A stretch of 63,918 nucleotides of DNA, the filler included, from Octopus bimaculoides (lineage: Eukaryota): NCBI RefSeq assembly GCF_001194135.2. It is 7 parts of 7 records of this genome, joined end to end, with 100 filler letters (N's around TTAATTAATTAA, not from the genome) between each part and the next. Parts side by side here need not be neighbours in the genome. Positions count along the whole stretch, not along the records: positions 1 to 26,085 come from NC_069003.1; positions 26,186 to 39,080 come from NC_068985.1; 5 more parts are not named here. The stretch is one strand, 5' to 3'. Shown one piece after another: positions 21,600 through 35,897 of this stretch. Position 1 is the first letter of the stretch; the number at the start of each line of letters is the position of its first letter. Both the position numbers and the translations under genes were made by a program. The notes under the pieces are model-generated. The model ran no database searches. It was not told the DNA's origin and was given only the letters and a program-made list of their open reading frames with translations.

Positions 21600-23215
21600 A
21601 AATACATCAAAACCAAGGGTTTAGAGTTTCTTAATTGTTTTGTTAAAATGCTCCATAACTTCTTCCCAAATGACTGTTAAAGCAGCATATTCCTATTTTA
21701 CCAACTTGTGGTATGAATTCTTTGCATCTCACTTACATTCAGACTTCTCTTCTGAGTTTTCAAACATATGTTTGAGAGTTTGTAAAATATCCCTATATCC
21801 ATTTTTAATTGCCCAGACTGCTTCATAGTGTGCAGACCCTCTAGTTACACTTAAGCTCTTTTTAGAGAAAAGGCTAGATTGCCCTGTGTGTCCAAAATCC
21901 CCCATCTCCGAGGAGATTGAGAAAAGAAAACATACAACTGCTGCAAGATGTCAAAAGAGTCAACAACTTCAGGTGCAGTAGACACTGTCAAACAAGGTTA
22001 AATGAATGGCTTGCACATGGTACCTAGTGTGCATACCTGTTGATGTTTTTAAGAAGTGCTTGCAGCCTTTTCTCTGAGCCCTTCATGTTGGAAGCATTAT
22101 TGTACAACTGACTACGGATATTTTCAAGTGAAAGCTTATGCTCCCCGAGAAATTGGGTTATTTTGTTGAACAAGGTCGTGGATGAATGGTTTTCTATTGG
22201 CAAAAATGCTAAAAATCCCTCACAGAGCTTTCCATTATAACAGTATCGAACCACAATTACCAGCTGGTGTACATGTGTCATGTCAGGTGTAGAGTCAACA
22301 ATAATCGAGTAGTATTTGGTGTCAAGGTTGTTGATCTGATTCACCACTTCATCTTTTCTCTAAATGTTCATATAAAAATGGGTCAAACACCGCAATAAGC
22401 TCAATGACCCTCAAGAAATTTCCATTGTTTAGGGAGCACCACTTTTCCCCATGACCTCTAAATGCTAAACCTCTCAAAGACTTTATAACTGCAATAACTC
22501 TTTTTAGAACTTCAAAATAATACTGCATGCTTTTTTTTTTCAACTTTTCCTCAAGTAGCTGATCCACAGGTCTTTATTTGACTTTCGTATTAGCCAGCTC
22601 AACATCGCCCTATTATGTTCCATGTTGTATTCATGATTTTCTAGACTTCTGAGTATATTCATCCAATCAGAAAACCCACCCATTGTAAGTGATATTTGGC
22701 ACTTAGAAAAGATTTTGCAAACGAAACAGTATATACAGCCTTTACACTTTGAGTAAACTAACCAGGATCTCATCACAGTCTGACTATTTTTCAATCTATT
22801 TCCAAAGCACTTGTTTGAGAAACTTCAATTTTGCTCTTTGTTGGATTCAGTGTATACATTATCCGGGTTTTTTTATTTTGAAAAAAAAAAAAAGAAAAAG
22901 AAAAAAAAAACTGATGTCTTGCATTAAACAGTTTTGTATAAAACCACTATCAATTGTTATGAGCCAGTTTGCCAGGTCATTGTATTCTTCAAAATTACAA
23001 AATTTGCTTCCTGTTTCCTGTTTCTGCTTTCTCTTTTCTTGAAGTTTTTGACCACTGTGATCATGATCTGCACCAAAAGTGTCAACAGTAGGTTGATTAT
23101 TGCTAGACAGAGCACTCATGCTTTGTGCACCATCATTGACTTCACTGGTGCTTGCATGGCTTGTTTCCGTTGCAGGTGATGACGAACTTTTACTTGATAT
23201 TGTAAAATAGTTCAA
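21600..23215 (-). pseudogene. hAT transposase (TTF zinc finger + DUF4371 + first catalytic Asp), C-terminally deleted
   Basis: RSWLVYS...YCFVCKIF...GFSDW; GLAFRGHGE...NNGNFLRVIELIAVFDP; YYSIIVDSTPD; VPCASHSFNLV. Confidence 0.88.
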
Positions 23216-24029
23216 TAGTTTTTGACATTTAGAAATTTCGTTAGATTGCTTTTCCTTGAGTTGGTATTTCTGTTATCCACTCAAGTACTTTCTTGAAGAC
23301 ATTGCTATTCCTCTTCAGGCCTAGAACTCTGTAATATTTTCATTAGCCACAAGACAGAGGTTGATCAAGGGGAAGAGACAGTGAACATGCTGTTTTCTGA
23401 TTGGCTGAAAATTCTGAAAATTATCAAACTTTGACACCTGTAACATTTTTGCAAATTTTAGATCCAAAATTTCTTCTGTAATAAATGAATAACAAATTCG
23501 GATTCAGTGTCAAAAATTACATCTGTATGAGACATTAAAGAGTTTTTTTAAACGTAATTGTAAACAGAGACGAAAACCACAAAACTCAATACGAATTCAC
23601 AAAAGTATTCTGAAAATATCAAAAAATAAGAAAAATCACGACTAATTAAATGGTGGGCTTGATCAAAACTCCGCCAAATGTTGAAGCATTTTTCTGAGAT
23701 GGAATAGCTGTCCCACCCTTTGTTATTTTATTGTATTCCATCCACACTCTGTGGTTAGACATAGAATTTAAATTAAAAATGTTTGGTTGAAAGTAAAGTA
23801 AGATGATGATTATATTAAAGGGAAATTTTATAATTGGTTTTTTGGTAAAACTGTTTTAGAATTGATTTGTTTTTTGTTTTTTCTTTATTTTTCTTTAAAG
23901 TCACATTCAAAAGAAAATTAAAATCTAACCTTAAAACCCTAACCCTACTTTTCTTTGTCGCTTCCCTGGCAACATGCTGCTCTTGGAGACTGAACTTAAA
24001 CTAAACTAGAGAGAATAAAACATTCTTTT

Positions 24030-24166
24030 CTGTTTATTTCTTTTTATCACTATATATATTCACACACACAAACACACAAACGCACATACATACATACATT
24101 CATTCATTCATTCATTCATTCATACATACACACACACATACATACATACATACATACATACATACA

Positions 24167-24200
<34 letters not shown>

Positions 24201-24210
24201 CATAGATATG
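24030..24210. repeat. Compound (CA)/(CATA)/(CATT) microsatellite
   Basis: Directly visible. Confidence 0.95.
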
Positions 24211-24461
24211 TGCTTTCCTTTTTACTTTGTTGTTTCACTGGTATCATCCTTTTTTAGGGGACTAGGGTACAGACAAAACATCTTTCTCAGTGTATTTCAT
24301 TTTATTGGCCCTGTCTGCATGGACAAATACAAAAAGAAAAATATTGACAGAATGAAAAAATTAAGTTGATCAAAGGGGCCCCTCAGGTATTTAAGGGCCC
24401 CTTCAGGTATTAAGGACCCTGAAGCTTAAGCTTCATCATTTTTATAGTAGACCTGCCACTG

Positions 24462-25010
24462 TCTATATCTGACATTCTCATCTTGTTCGAGATACCTATA
24501 ATTGTCATCTGAGGTTGTATTATCAAGCTGTTCATTCTTAGGTTTTCAGAGGAGGGCACAACTTTTCCATGTTTTATTGTTGAAAATGCACGTTTGAACT
24601 CACCAAATTTCATCCCAGTATCTGTAGAAAATTGAATTATAAGGTCCAATTACGTTTTTATGTGGTTGATATTTAGCCTATACTGTTTCAGGTCGTTGAC
24701 AAGAAAGGATGGGATATACTTCTGGATCCATTTCTGTGATTGCTATGTTTTGTGAGCAGGTATGCTAATGGATTTAATGAAAGAACAAAGAGCATCACCA
24801 ACAGGCTATCACCCTGAAAGATACCTTTTTAGTAGTGAATGCTATCTCACTCAATTTGCTCCTTATCACAAATCTTGGCCAGGGGTTCAATAGCTCTCAC
24901 TTGTAGTTGTGGAGCTTTAGCTAACTGTGAAGCCTTCACAATCCACCCATGTGGTACACTATCAAAAACCTTCTGGTAGTTCAGTCTCAATACAGTTAAA
25001 TTTGGTTGTT
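24462..25010 (-). mobile_element. R4/Dong-like RT core, contiguous with 20350-21508 once the hAT is removed
   Basis: YQKVFDSVPHGW; KGIFQGDSLL..LF.LSLNPL; VNDLKQY; FSTDTGMKFG. Confidence 0.85.
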
Positions 25011-25041
25011 TGTATATATGTATGTATTTATGTGTGTGAGT

Positions 25042-25104
<63 letters not shown>

Positions 25105-25155
25105 CCCCAACATAGTCACAGCCTTAGGACTGAAATATATAGAAGAATAGGAATA

Positions 25156-25187
<32 letters not shown>

Positions 25188-25632
25188 GCTGAGATCCTGA
25201 CAGGTGCTACTACTCTGAGTCAGGGTAGAACTGGAAACAATAGTTGCTAAACAGCTATTCCACACTACTTAAAAGTCTGGAATTCCTCAACCTGGACCTC
25301 TTTACTGGATATTTAGTTATACCCATATGCACACACACACAATGTTGCAGGTCCTCCAACTTCAGTGAGATTTACATGTTTAACATGAGTAATTGTTGCA
25401 TGTTGATAAGTGCAGGGAAAAAGAAAAAGAAATGAAAGGAGAGAATTTCATTGGGACATTGTTCTAGTGAAGAAGGGTTGGTTTTGTTGTGGTTGGTGGA
25501 CACAAGATGGATGATAGGAGGAAGAAGATAAAATAATTGAAGGTGGTTGTGTAGTAGGTGGCATGAGACTGACCAGATGTGAGGACAGAAGCTGAATTGC
25601 TGTGGTGGAGATAGAGAGAGAGATTTATCAAT

Positions 25633-25846
25633 CCTTTCCATTATAGGCACAAGGCCTGAAATTTGGGGGGAGGGGACTAGTCGATTACATTTACACCAGT
25701 ACTCAACTGGTACTTATTCAATCAACCTCAAAAGGATGAAAGGCAAAATCAACCTCGGTGGAATTTGAACTCAGACCGTAAAGACGGAAAAAATGCTGCT
25801 AAGCATTTTGCAACACCTGCTAATAATTCTGCTAGCTGATTCCCTT
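25633..25846 (-). mobile_element. SINE family 1 copy
   Basis: Full head-to-tail match to the other family 1 copies. Confidence 0.8.
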
Positions 25847-25847
25847 C

Positions 25848-26085
25848 ATCATCATCATCATCATCATCGTTTAACATCCGCTTTCCATGCTAGCATGGGT
25901 TGGACGATTTGACTGAGGACTGGTGAAACCGGATGGCAACACCAGGCTCCAGTCTGATTTGGCAGAGTTTCTACAGCTGGATGCCCTTCCTAACGCCAAC
26001 CACTCAGAGAGTGTAGTGGGTGCTTTTACGTGTCACCCGCACGAAAACGGCCACGCTCGAAATGGTGTCTTTTATGTGCCACCCG
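25848..26085 (-). mobile_element. Young SINE family 4 with RTE-type (GAT)n tail
   Basis: About 98% identical to 50702-50925 and 62584-62799; ends ...CATGGAAAGCGGATGTTAAACGATGATGATG. Confidence 0.9.
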
Positions 26086-26185
26086 NNNNNNNNNNNNNNN
26101 NNNNNNNNNNNNNNNNNNNNNNNNNNNNNTTAATTAATTAANNNNNNNNNNNNNNNNNNNNNNNNNNNNNNNNNNNNNNNNNNNN

Positions 26186-26227
<42 letters not shown>

Positions 26228-29200
26228 AACGAAATAATTTTTCCAGTTTTCCCCTACCAAATCCACTCACAATTCATTATTCGGCTCGAGGCTATACTAC
26301 AAAACACTTGCCTATTTGACAAGCAGTGGGATTGAAACCGGATGCATAAAGGTTTGGCAATGATTTTCATGGATATTAAGGAAAGTGGAAACTACAGTTG
26401 GCTCATGAATATATGAGACCACAACAAAATACATAAATGTAGCACCTCCTTATCACCCTCCAGTTTGTTGTTTAGCAACGAGGCTTTTACATTATATTAA
26501 CATAGATAAAAAATACTTACTTTTTGAATCAAATTGGTAAAGATTGTTAATAACGACAGAGTTACAGACATTGAAGGAAACATTTAAACAACATATTGAC
26601 AATAATGGTCAGACATAGTACAAAAATGAAATCTTTTACTAGTTAAACAATATATAAATACGAAATGGAAAAATATCTATACATCTTGAAAATGAGAATA
26701 ATTATATAACAATCTCCATAATTGCGATTCTCCAGATATATTCTATATTTATAATTTTTGTTTTATATGTTTCCCGTACGAAACATTTTCAAATTATATT
26801 CGATACCAATGAACTTTCTACATATTTCTCATACCAAAGAACTCGTAGAAAACTGTTGAATTAAGCCAATTATAGCTTGAGATTCTACGGCGAAATTAGA
26901 AATCAATTGTAATGTTATATTTCTACAATTGCATTCAAAATAAGGTAGCTAACTGAAAATCCTATTAACCATTGTATAAAGATGTAAAAATAAATGAAGA
27001 TAGGATTAGCAAAATATGTCAGAACCGTTTAAAATAGAATGCATTTTTAATATTAGAAAACTGAATAGTGAACAAAATTCCAAAATAGATATCAGAAAAC
27101 AAGAAGAAACGTACTCGTAAATATTTTAGAATAAATGAAACTAAATTTCCTTATTTATTATTTATAAAGAAAAGAGCAGAAGAAGATAGTAAGACTATTC
27201 ATAAACGCAGATTTACTTGCCGAAATAAGATCAAATGTCTGAATCAATTGTTTCTTCTTGTCTTAATTTACAGTAACAAATCATTAAATAAAAAAAAATG
27301 AAGGACACGAAGAGAGTAACATATGGTGTTATAGATGGGCAATTAACTAATTCGCATCTAAAAACGCTGTCTTAGTTTCGATTCCATAATACATCTCAAA
27401 AAGTCGATATACTATCTGAAATGAAAGTTCTGTTAACAGAGGAGTTCAAAGTATACTCACGCACACACGCATATTCTTTCGCATCAGGTACGGACACAGA
27501 TTCTCAACAGAATAAAATTTAATCAATCCTTAATATAATGAACAGATCAGACGCATACATACAAACATACATACACATACACACACATGAATACCACTTT
27601 TATACAATTATTTCAATAAAAGCGGCATCAGCGTACGCATCACAGATGCCTCTTTTGGCATTGGCAGCATTAAAACCTTGATTGAAAGCAGCAATAACAC
27701 ACTAACTAAAATATTATTTTATCTCTTCACGATACACTTTCGTCCTTTGAAAAGTTGTAGAAATTTGTCAGTACCGAAACGTAGAATGTGTAGAGGAAGA
27801 ATAAGGTTACGGGAAGCTAAAAAGCATACTAATGGACACAAATATACATCCCTAGTAACAGGAGAGAAACAAATTGTAAACTGGAAGGGAAACATTATAC
27901 ATGTAACAAGCATATATCTGAACAAATTTAGTTGCAAGGAAAATGAAAGAAATTAATAAGGCGACAAAATGAACGGTTTATATACAATATTTACCAAAAT
28001 GTACTGCTGGAATGTGGCAGATTATCTATCGATAGCCAGAACACATATAAGTTTGATTGAGGAGAAATAAATCAGTTTCAACACAAACAATTGCTCAGAA
28101 ACCTGGATTGTTTGCATTCAGATGAATAAAAAAAAAAGAAAAAAAAAACAGGTTGACCTTTGCTGAATTGAATAAATGTCTAGCCAGTAGAAATTACCGA
28201 AAATAATATAACAAAAGATGAGGCGAATGTCAGCGTCAAACTGGTGAGCCAATATTTACTTACAGACAATACAGCATCTCGTATATGGATGGAGAAGATT
28301 TATTATTTGGAAAAAAAAAAAAGCTTTCAATGCATAATCGATCATAATCAAACTAAGTTGTATAGAACACAAAAACAATCTTTATTCGACATTGCCTGGG
28401 CCATACCATCTCTCTTTTCCTCTCTCTTCCCATCAATGCCCATCTCTGTATATATATATGTATAAATATATATATNNNNNNNNNNNNNNNNNNNNNNNNN
28501 NNNNNNNNNNNNNNNNNNNNNNNNNNNNNNNNNNNNNNNNNNNNNNNNNNNNNNNNNNNNNNNNNNNNNNNNNNNNNNNNNNNNNNNNNNNNNNNNNNNN
28601 NNNNNNNNNNNNNNNNNNNNNNNNNNNNNNNNNNNNNNNNNNNNNNNNNNNNNNNNNNNNNNNNNNNNNNNNNNNNNNNNNNNNNNNNNNNNNNNNNNNN
28701 NNNNNNNNNNNNNNNNNNNNNNNNNNNNNNNNNNNNNNNNNNNNNNNNNNNNNNNNNNNNNNNNNNNNNNNNNNNNNNNNNNNNNNNNNNNNNNNNNNNN
28801 NNNNNNNNNNNNNNNNNNNNNNNNNNNNNNNNNNNNNNNNNNNNNNNNNNNNNNNNNNNNNNNNNNNNNNNNNNNNNNNNNNNNNNNNNNNNNNNNNNNN
28901 NNNNNNNNNNNNNNNNNNNNNNNNNNNNNNNNNNNNNNNNNNNNNNNNNNNNNNNNNNNNNNNNNNNNNNNNNNNNNNNNNNNNNNNNNNNNNNNNNNNN
29001 NNNNNNNNNNNNNNNNNNNNNNNNNNNNNNNNNNNNNNNNNNNNNNNNNNNNNNNNNNNNNNNNNNNNNNNNNNNNNNNNNNNNNNNNNNNNNNNNNNNN
29101 NNNNNNNNNNNNNNNNNNNNNNNNNNNNNNNNNNNNNNNNNNNNNNNNNNNNNNNNNNNNNNNNNNNNNNNNNNNNNNNNNNNNNNNNNNNNNNNNNNNN

Positions 29201-29384
29201 NNNNNNNNNNNNNNNNNNNNNNNNNNNNNNNNNNNNNNNNNNNNNNNNNNNNNNNNNNNNNNNNNNNNNNNNNNNNNNNNNNNNNNNNNNNNNNNNNNNN
29301 NNNNNNNNNNNNNNNNNNNNNNNNNNNNNNNNNNNNNNNNNNNNNNNNNNNNNNNNNNNNNNNNNNNNNNNNNNNNNNNNNNNN

Positions 29385-29418
<34 letters not shown>

Positions 29419-30976
29419 CGTGTGTGTGTGTGTTTGTGTGTGTTTGTGTGTGTGTAAGTATGTCTGTGTAACTTATGCGCACGCAACTTTACATTCATAT
29501 ATAAAACAAGACATCTGTGGGTTGGTTGAGAAATGTTACTAACCATATTTTATTTCATCAGTTTTCTCAAGGTATTTGCTTGCTTTTTACACACAAAGTA
29601 AGAAAATCAATTTGTTGTCTCCGAGAAACACAAAGAACAATGAAAGAGACACCAATATCTGATAGATTTATTGCGATTGCAATTCTTTGTAGGATATCTC
29701 CAAGACAGAGATTTTCTTAAAAGCTACAGATCCTGGGAAAACATGCTAGTCACGAGATTCTTTCTGGTTTTCTAACCCACCCTTTCTCCCTGTGTCTCTC
29801 TAATGATATATATGTATGTATGTATGTGTGTGAATGTGCATGTGTACGTGTGTGCGTCTGTGTTAGATATACATTTAGACGCACAGAGATTCACTCGTCC
29901 ACAGTCATATAAAAGATGTTTCTCTCCTACAATATGCTGCATGTTATTTCCTTTCGCTCAACATATACCATAAATTGAATGAATATTGGGAAACCAAAAG
30001 AATGTGTTTATCGTATTAAACTAGTAACCAATTTCAGAATCTCAATGATATATGGCATTCTTTATAAAAATACCAATTCCACTTCCGTAAAATTCTTCTC
30101 GTACACTAATCTTTCGTTTGGATGGATTTGAGGACAGGAACAAGTTATATAAACAAACATACAATGACATGCAACTAATTGTAACACTGACCCAACTCAA
30201 GTAAGCAAATATCTACGAAGTCCCACTTCGTGGTCAGCCATTGCAGCAGCGTAGCTAGACTGCATTGCACTATACAACATTAATGACTGCTTCATCATCT
30301 TTGATCAAATATAGTGAAATCATAATGTGCAAAACCTCAAGGGAACGTAATGCAGATATTGAAACAGATGAGGTTATGGTGGCGGAGCGCAGCTGAGCAA
30401 AATTAACACCAAAAAAAAATAATAATAAAGTCAATAAGATAACAAAAATATATGTGTTTAATAGTTTAGTGGCGCAGTGAAGAACAAAGTTGATTCTAGG
30501 ATTACATCTAAGTTAATATAATAGATTATTAATGCTCACATTCTAAATTGATGTTTAGGAGGATACGAGAGTAAGAATTAAATATTTGGCTACTAAGCCA
30601 CATAATTGTCTCCTTTTCTCATTCTTAACAACTAATAAGAGAATTTGCCGATTGCCAGTTCAGCAGCCAGGGATATTGCCTCAGATCACGTGGAAAATAA
30701 AGCAAGCGGCATTAAACGAGAAATAATTGCTGGATAATGATAAAGTTTAACTTCTAAAAACAATGTCAAAAAGAAATCAAAAATGTGCAACGGCCAGACT
30801 GGAGCACAGTTCAGGCAACGTTCATTTAATTGAAGGAGTGAGATAACGAACATCATAAATAATTAAAAGAAAAACCATAAAAAAAATCGTTTGTGCAGGG
30901 TATACATCTAAAAATACCAGAACACTCTCTCTCGAACTACAAGACTCTACCATCACCACCATTATCGTCGTCGTCG

Positions 30977-31010
<34 letters not shown>

Positions 31011-31043
31011 GTGTATGTATGTATATGTATGCGCACATATATG

Positions 31044-31091
<48 letters not shown>

Positions 31092-34000
31092 AAAATTATC
31101 CCAAAGTTGGTAATTCAGCAAATTGGAGAAGTAGTGCGAGCCTTGAATTTTTTGCTTCAACTGTGTACAGTGTGGGTTCAAATAATAGAAATGTTCATTG
31201 GTTAAATTTCTTTAGGGTCGATAAAATAAATCATGGTATTTCATTGGCAGAACCGAGGGAACATCCGGCTCTTTTCGTTCGGAGTTCCAATCCAGCTACG
31301 ACTTAATTACATGTATTCATCTCTCGTTACACAACTATCTGGAATTCTAAATAAGCGGAATTAATTCAGTAGCATGCGCTCAAGTCCACTCTGTTATTTG
31401 AGGATTCTCACCTCTCTCAACTACCAGACTCCCTTTAAGTAGTAACGAGCACAGCATTCCCTCCTATGTTATGTAATCTAAGACATACAAATCACTATCG
31501 TGTGTCCCGCTTTGCTACATATATCGATATTTTCATAGGGTTTCCCAACGAATCTCTTCTGATTTAGTTTTAAGCAAGGTTGTACTTAGTAAAGAAATGT
31601 GATCGATATTTTAAAGCTGAGGTGTGAAGATGCAACACAATAGAGGTAATACTATTATTACCCTAAGGTAGCAAAAGAAAGCAAAACGAAAGCAAGTTTT
31701 TCGTTAACCATGGCGTGATATCCACCACGTGACTAATTATTTGCAGATATAAACTCCACATACATCGTTATTTTATATTAGGCACTACTAAAAGATTAAC
31801 GCAGTACATTGACAGTTTATATGTTTAAAAATAATATCTTTAACCAAAATTACTGATACAGAAACAGTTTTATAATCTCCACGGTTTTGTCGTTTCTCTT
31901 ATCTATACATTCATTTTCTTTTTTAGATATAACGAATCTCTATTAAGTTCTGTCTCCAGTAGATTTTACACATACTTTTCTAAATTATATTTAGTTTTGA
32001 GCTGTATTTCTTATTTCTAATTTTCCAATATTTTGATGTACTGTTGTGTTCTATTACATTTTTCATCTTATTCTAGATTTTTTTCTAAATGATTGCATAC
32101 TTGAAAGATAACTCTTCTTCCGCACCCACCAACCTCTAGTAAAACATTCGGTAAAATAATGTTTATCTTCAATATTTTTATTTTATTCTATAATATTTTT
32201 ATTTATTTTTTGAATGGAATTTTCATCTTTGGATAGATAAAAAAATATTGCAATTATTTCTTTTGAAAGGTGAGCCAGTGTTTTGACCTCTAAGCTTGTG
32301 GAACATTTTGTTCCTGTAAACATGTATAGATAAAGATTTTAGGCTGGACATTAGTAAACATAAAATGTTGTTTTCTAATTCTCTCAGTTTCCATAGTCAA
32401 ACCTGTTAGTATGTTATTACTATGATTGACATATTTTAGCTGGAACTTTTTTCGTTTACTCTCTCGTTCTTCAATATCCTCCAGAGAAATATGTGCATTA
32501 TGTTTACAAGAATACTTTGATTTATTTCATTCGCTTTCCTCTCTACTATTTATACCTGTGTGACAGGACCTTTATAGAAATGTATTTACCACAGCTATGC
32601 AAATATTTGGCTTTATATATTTTGGCATCAGGAACTGTCTGATATTCTTTACATCTTTGTTTTCTTTTTATTTTATTTTTCTATTTTATATTATCATTTT
32701 GTTTTATCTCTCAGTTATTCAAGTCTGCAAATGTATTTTCCTCTTTACTAATGGCTACTTGGTATGAGTGGTGTAGCTTTGAAATAAAATATTGAAAATA
32801 AGTAAATAAATAAATAAACGGCTAAATAAATAAATGGGCAAATATTATTTGATGTCGCCAACAGCTGCTCATATGTTTATGTTGTTGAAATATTTATTTT
32901 TCCAATTGTTCTGCTAGTTTCTATAGCGCCCGATTCTTTTTTTAGGCTCTGATTTGATTGCTCGGATGAATGCGTATTTCGTTCAAATCCATTATAATGT
33001 ATGTTACTTTACTTTACTCACTCTGTTTACAATTTTGCTTTTGATATTTAATCACATGTATTTTCCTTTCCTTTTCATACATTGCATTAAATATCTATTG
33101 AAGTTATATATTATTTCAAGAAATAAATATTTAAATTATGGCCTTGCTTATTTTTTCTCTTACTAGTCATATGATAAATTGTCTAAGCAAAAGTTTATAT
33201 TCCATAGACGTCACTATTGGGGTAAATTCATTAACACTTTAAACTCCACGGGGCAGCATTGAATAAATTGTCTTCATTGAGAAAAACAGTCAACCTTCAG
33301 TGAGAAATATATTTCTATTCTGTACTAAGACTGAGCGTTATCATGGTAAAGAAACACTTATTTATTACTCAATACGTATCTGCCTCAAAATTGATTCCAA
33401 CAAATCAATATATATATATATATATATATGCATGTGAAATACGTTATTCATTCGCAGCTGTAAATGCTATTTATAGACAGGGAATTTTTGTAATTTATAT
33501 ATGAATGATTTGTTGAAAAGGGTTTTAATATCCATGGCTCATAGAAAATATTTGATAATACCGAAATATGTCAGCATCTGCTCCATATCATTTACTAGAA
33601 ATTATGAAATATTGTTAGTCACAAATGACTGAAAAATTATCACATTTCTTTGCAATTTTTCTTTTTCTCAAGTTTTATCGGCTCCTCCCTTTTTATGTTC
33701 TTTTCATCCGATGCAGTTCTGGCAAGTAAATGAATACATTGTTAACTTGATCAAGACAATGCAATTACGGGAATTTAACACTGGCAGGCTAATATATATT
33801 CTCGAAATAATTGCATTTTGTTTTCATTTTAGGTGATAAATTAAATGGCAGCAATGCATTTAGAACACTGCTGTTTTTGTAATATTTCTCAAAAATTCTA
33901 GAATATTCTTTTCTAAAAAAATATTATATATTATAGATTATCTTTTTTCGATTAATGAAAAGATAAAAGCGGTACAGCGTGTTCACAAAGTCTTAAGTAT

Positions 34001-34152
34001 AAGCCCAAACATAGAAATATATATTTCAATATGAATATAGGTTCTCAGTAGCTCCGATAAAAGCGCGGGCGTAAGACAAAGAAAGGCAGTTGCTCAAGAC
34101 ATTTCTCTTTTGTTGTTAATGATTAAGACGCTATTTATTGTTTCTTTTTTAG

Positions 34153-34340
34153 ATCCACCGAATATTTGCGACGGAAGGACCTAAATAGAAAGAATAAGCC
34201 TATATACCAATGACAAAGGGATTTCGATAGCTCTGTGTAGCCGGACGTCTGCCACTGAGAAGCACAAGGAAGGATGATATCATGTGATTCCAGCGGCTAC
34301 AGAGGACGATTAACAATTATACCGTCTCAGCGATATAAAC
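34153..34340 (+). other. Candidate non-coding (UTR/lncRNA) exon
   Basis: Acceptor TTTCTTTTTTAG| and donor AAC|GTAAGT bracket a higher-GC 188-nt segment with stops in all three frames. Confidence 0.3.
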
Positions 34341-35436
34341 GTAAGTGCCTAAATGTTTCACAAGTCTATAAGTGTGATCTTCTAATGGTAAATAAAGCAG
34401 TATTCTGCTTTCTAATACTACAGATACATATAGTGTAAAATGAATATGACCGTTTGATACTGATATTCATTCTGTCGCTATTAATTTCTATTTTGTTTCT
34501 GTTTTAAGCAGCTGAAACTAATGCTTTTTTGTACATATGATGGACATGTCAACCACGAGGAGCTGGTATTATAACACGTAAAATATTCGAGCATCTTCGT
34601 CAAAATATTTAGTAACGGAATGGGAGACCTACAATCGAAAATGTGGCCACTAGCTTAGAAAATTTTTTAAAAGTATCCGACAAAACGTGCATGTGAAAAT
34701 ATTTAGAAACTTACCAAAGAAAACAGTGTCTCAGAACTATTATCTCTGTCACTCTCTTCTTTCTTCCCTATGTGTATATGTTTGTGTGTGTGTGCGCGTG
34801 CGTGTATGTAATAATATATCTTTATATATATATACATGTATAAGAATAGGTGTCTGTGTATATATATATAAAATTATTTTACCATATGTTCAGAATTTTC
34901 GATAAATTTTACATTAAGTGGTACACACTCGCGTACACACACCTACACAGAAATATACTAGTTTTTTTTTTTAATAGGCCAGGATTTGTAGACCTTATAT
35001 CAATAAATGATACAGGCTTCCAAATTTCTGCTGCTTGTTTCTGTCACTTCGCAAAGTAAAATTATTCTTTGAATAAAAAAAGAACCGAAAATTATTTTAA
35101 GGAAAATATTGAGAAAAATAGTTTCAAAACAGAGGTTAAATCTTCCCACTTCAGACCAACTGCAAACTGTAAACATGTTTTTAGAAAAGATTCATTGGAT
35201 ATATTCACTGATTGTATAAGTATACTGACGACTGCTTTCCAAAAGATAAAAGGATTTCAGTATGTGTAACTCTAACAGTTTTTGGCATTTTTGGCAGATA
35301 CAGAATGCAAACTGAAAACATGTCGTCATATATATGTATGCAAGCATCTATGTATGTGTGTGTGCGTGTTTCTTCATATCCCAGCATTAATATAAAAGAT
35401 AATAATAATGATAATAATAATAATTATTATTATTTT

Positions 35437-35622
35437 CTTTGCACAGCTTCTAACACTGGAGATGTACTAGCGAATTAGCTGTTCACTATCACTTAACTAA
35501 GGTGACACCCCTTATTTTTCGTGCACCTTCCGGAGTATTCGAGCGGTTCCAAGCAGAGCTGTTTTCTGCTAGCGCTCCACTCTTATTGCAGCCCATATTT
35601 GTACCATGTACTCGCTCCACCC
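35437..35622 (-). mobile_element. 5'-truncated R4/Dong-like 3' end inside a (TAA)n array
   Basis: Minus strand QKTALLGTARILRKVHEK*, short 3' UTR, then a (TAA)n tail. Homologous to 41971-42202. Confidence 0.8.

Positions 35623-35897
<275 letters not shown>

Larger units (their letters stand above)
21509..24461 (-). mobile_element. hAT (Tip100/ZMYM1-like) DNA transposon nested in the R4 element
   Basis: TIR CAGTAGCAGATCTAC / CAGTGGCAGGTCTAC; TSD GCTATATC (21501-21508) / TCTATATC (24462-24469). Subterminal GGGCCCC and GACCCTGAAGCTTAA motifs occur at both ends. Confidence 0.9.

Noticed and set aside
23925-23946. Telomere-like TAACCCT/CCCTAA units
   Set aside because: Only about two imperfect units inside the hAT; not an interstitial telomeric array.
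26130-26141. TTAATTAATTAA motif recurring six times (also 39125, 48372, 50646, 57879, 62844)
   Set aside because: Where counted it is centred as 44 N + 12 + 44 N = 100 bp, and it encodes stops in all six frames: an assembly gap spacer, not biology.
28353-29546. Long ORFs in the track made of X, or of poly-I/L/HT/YI/CV runs (also 5205, 35502, 37589, 42077, 59113, 60394)
   Set aside because: They are read-through of N gaps and microsatellites.
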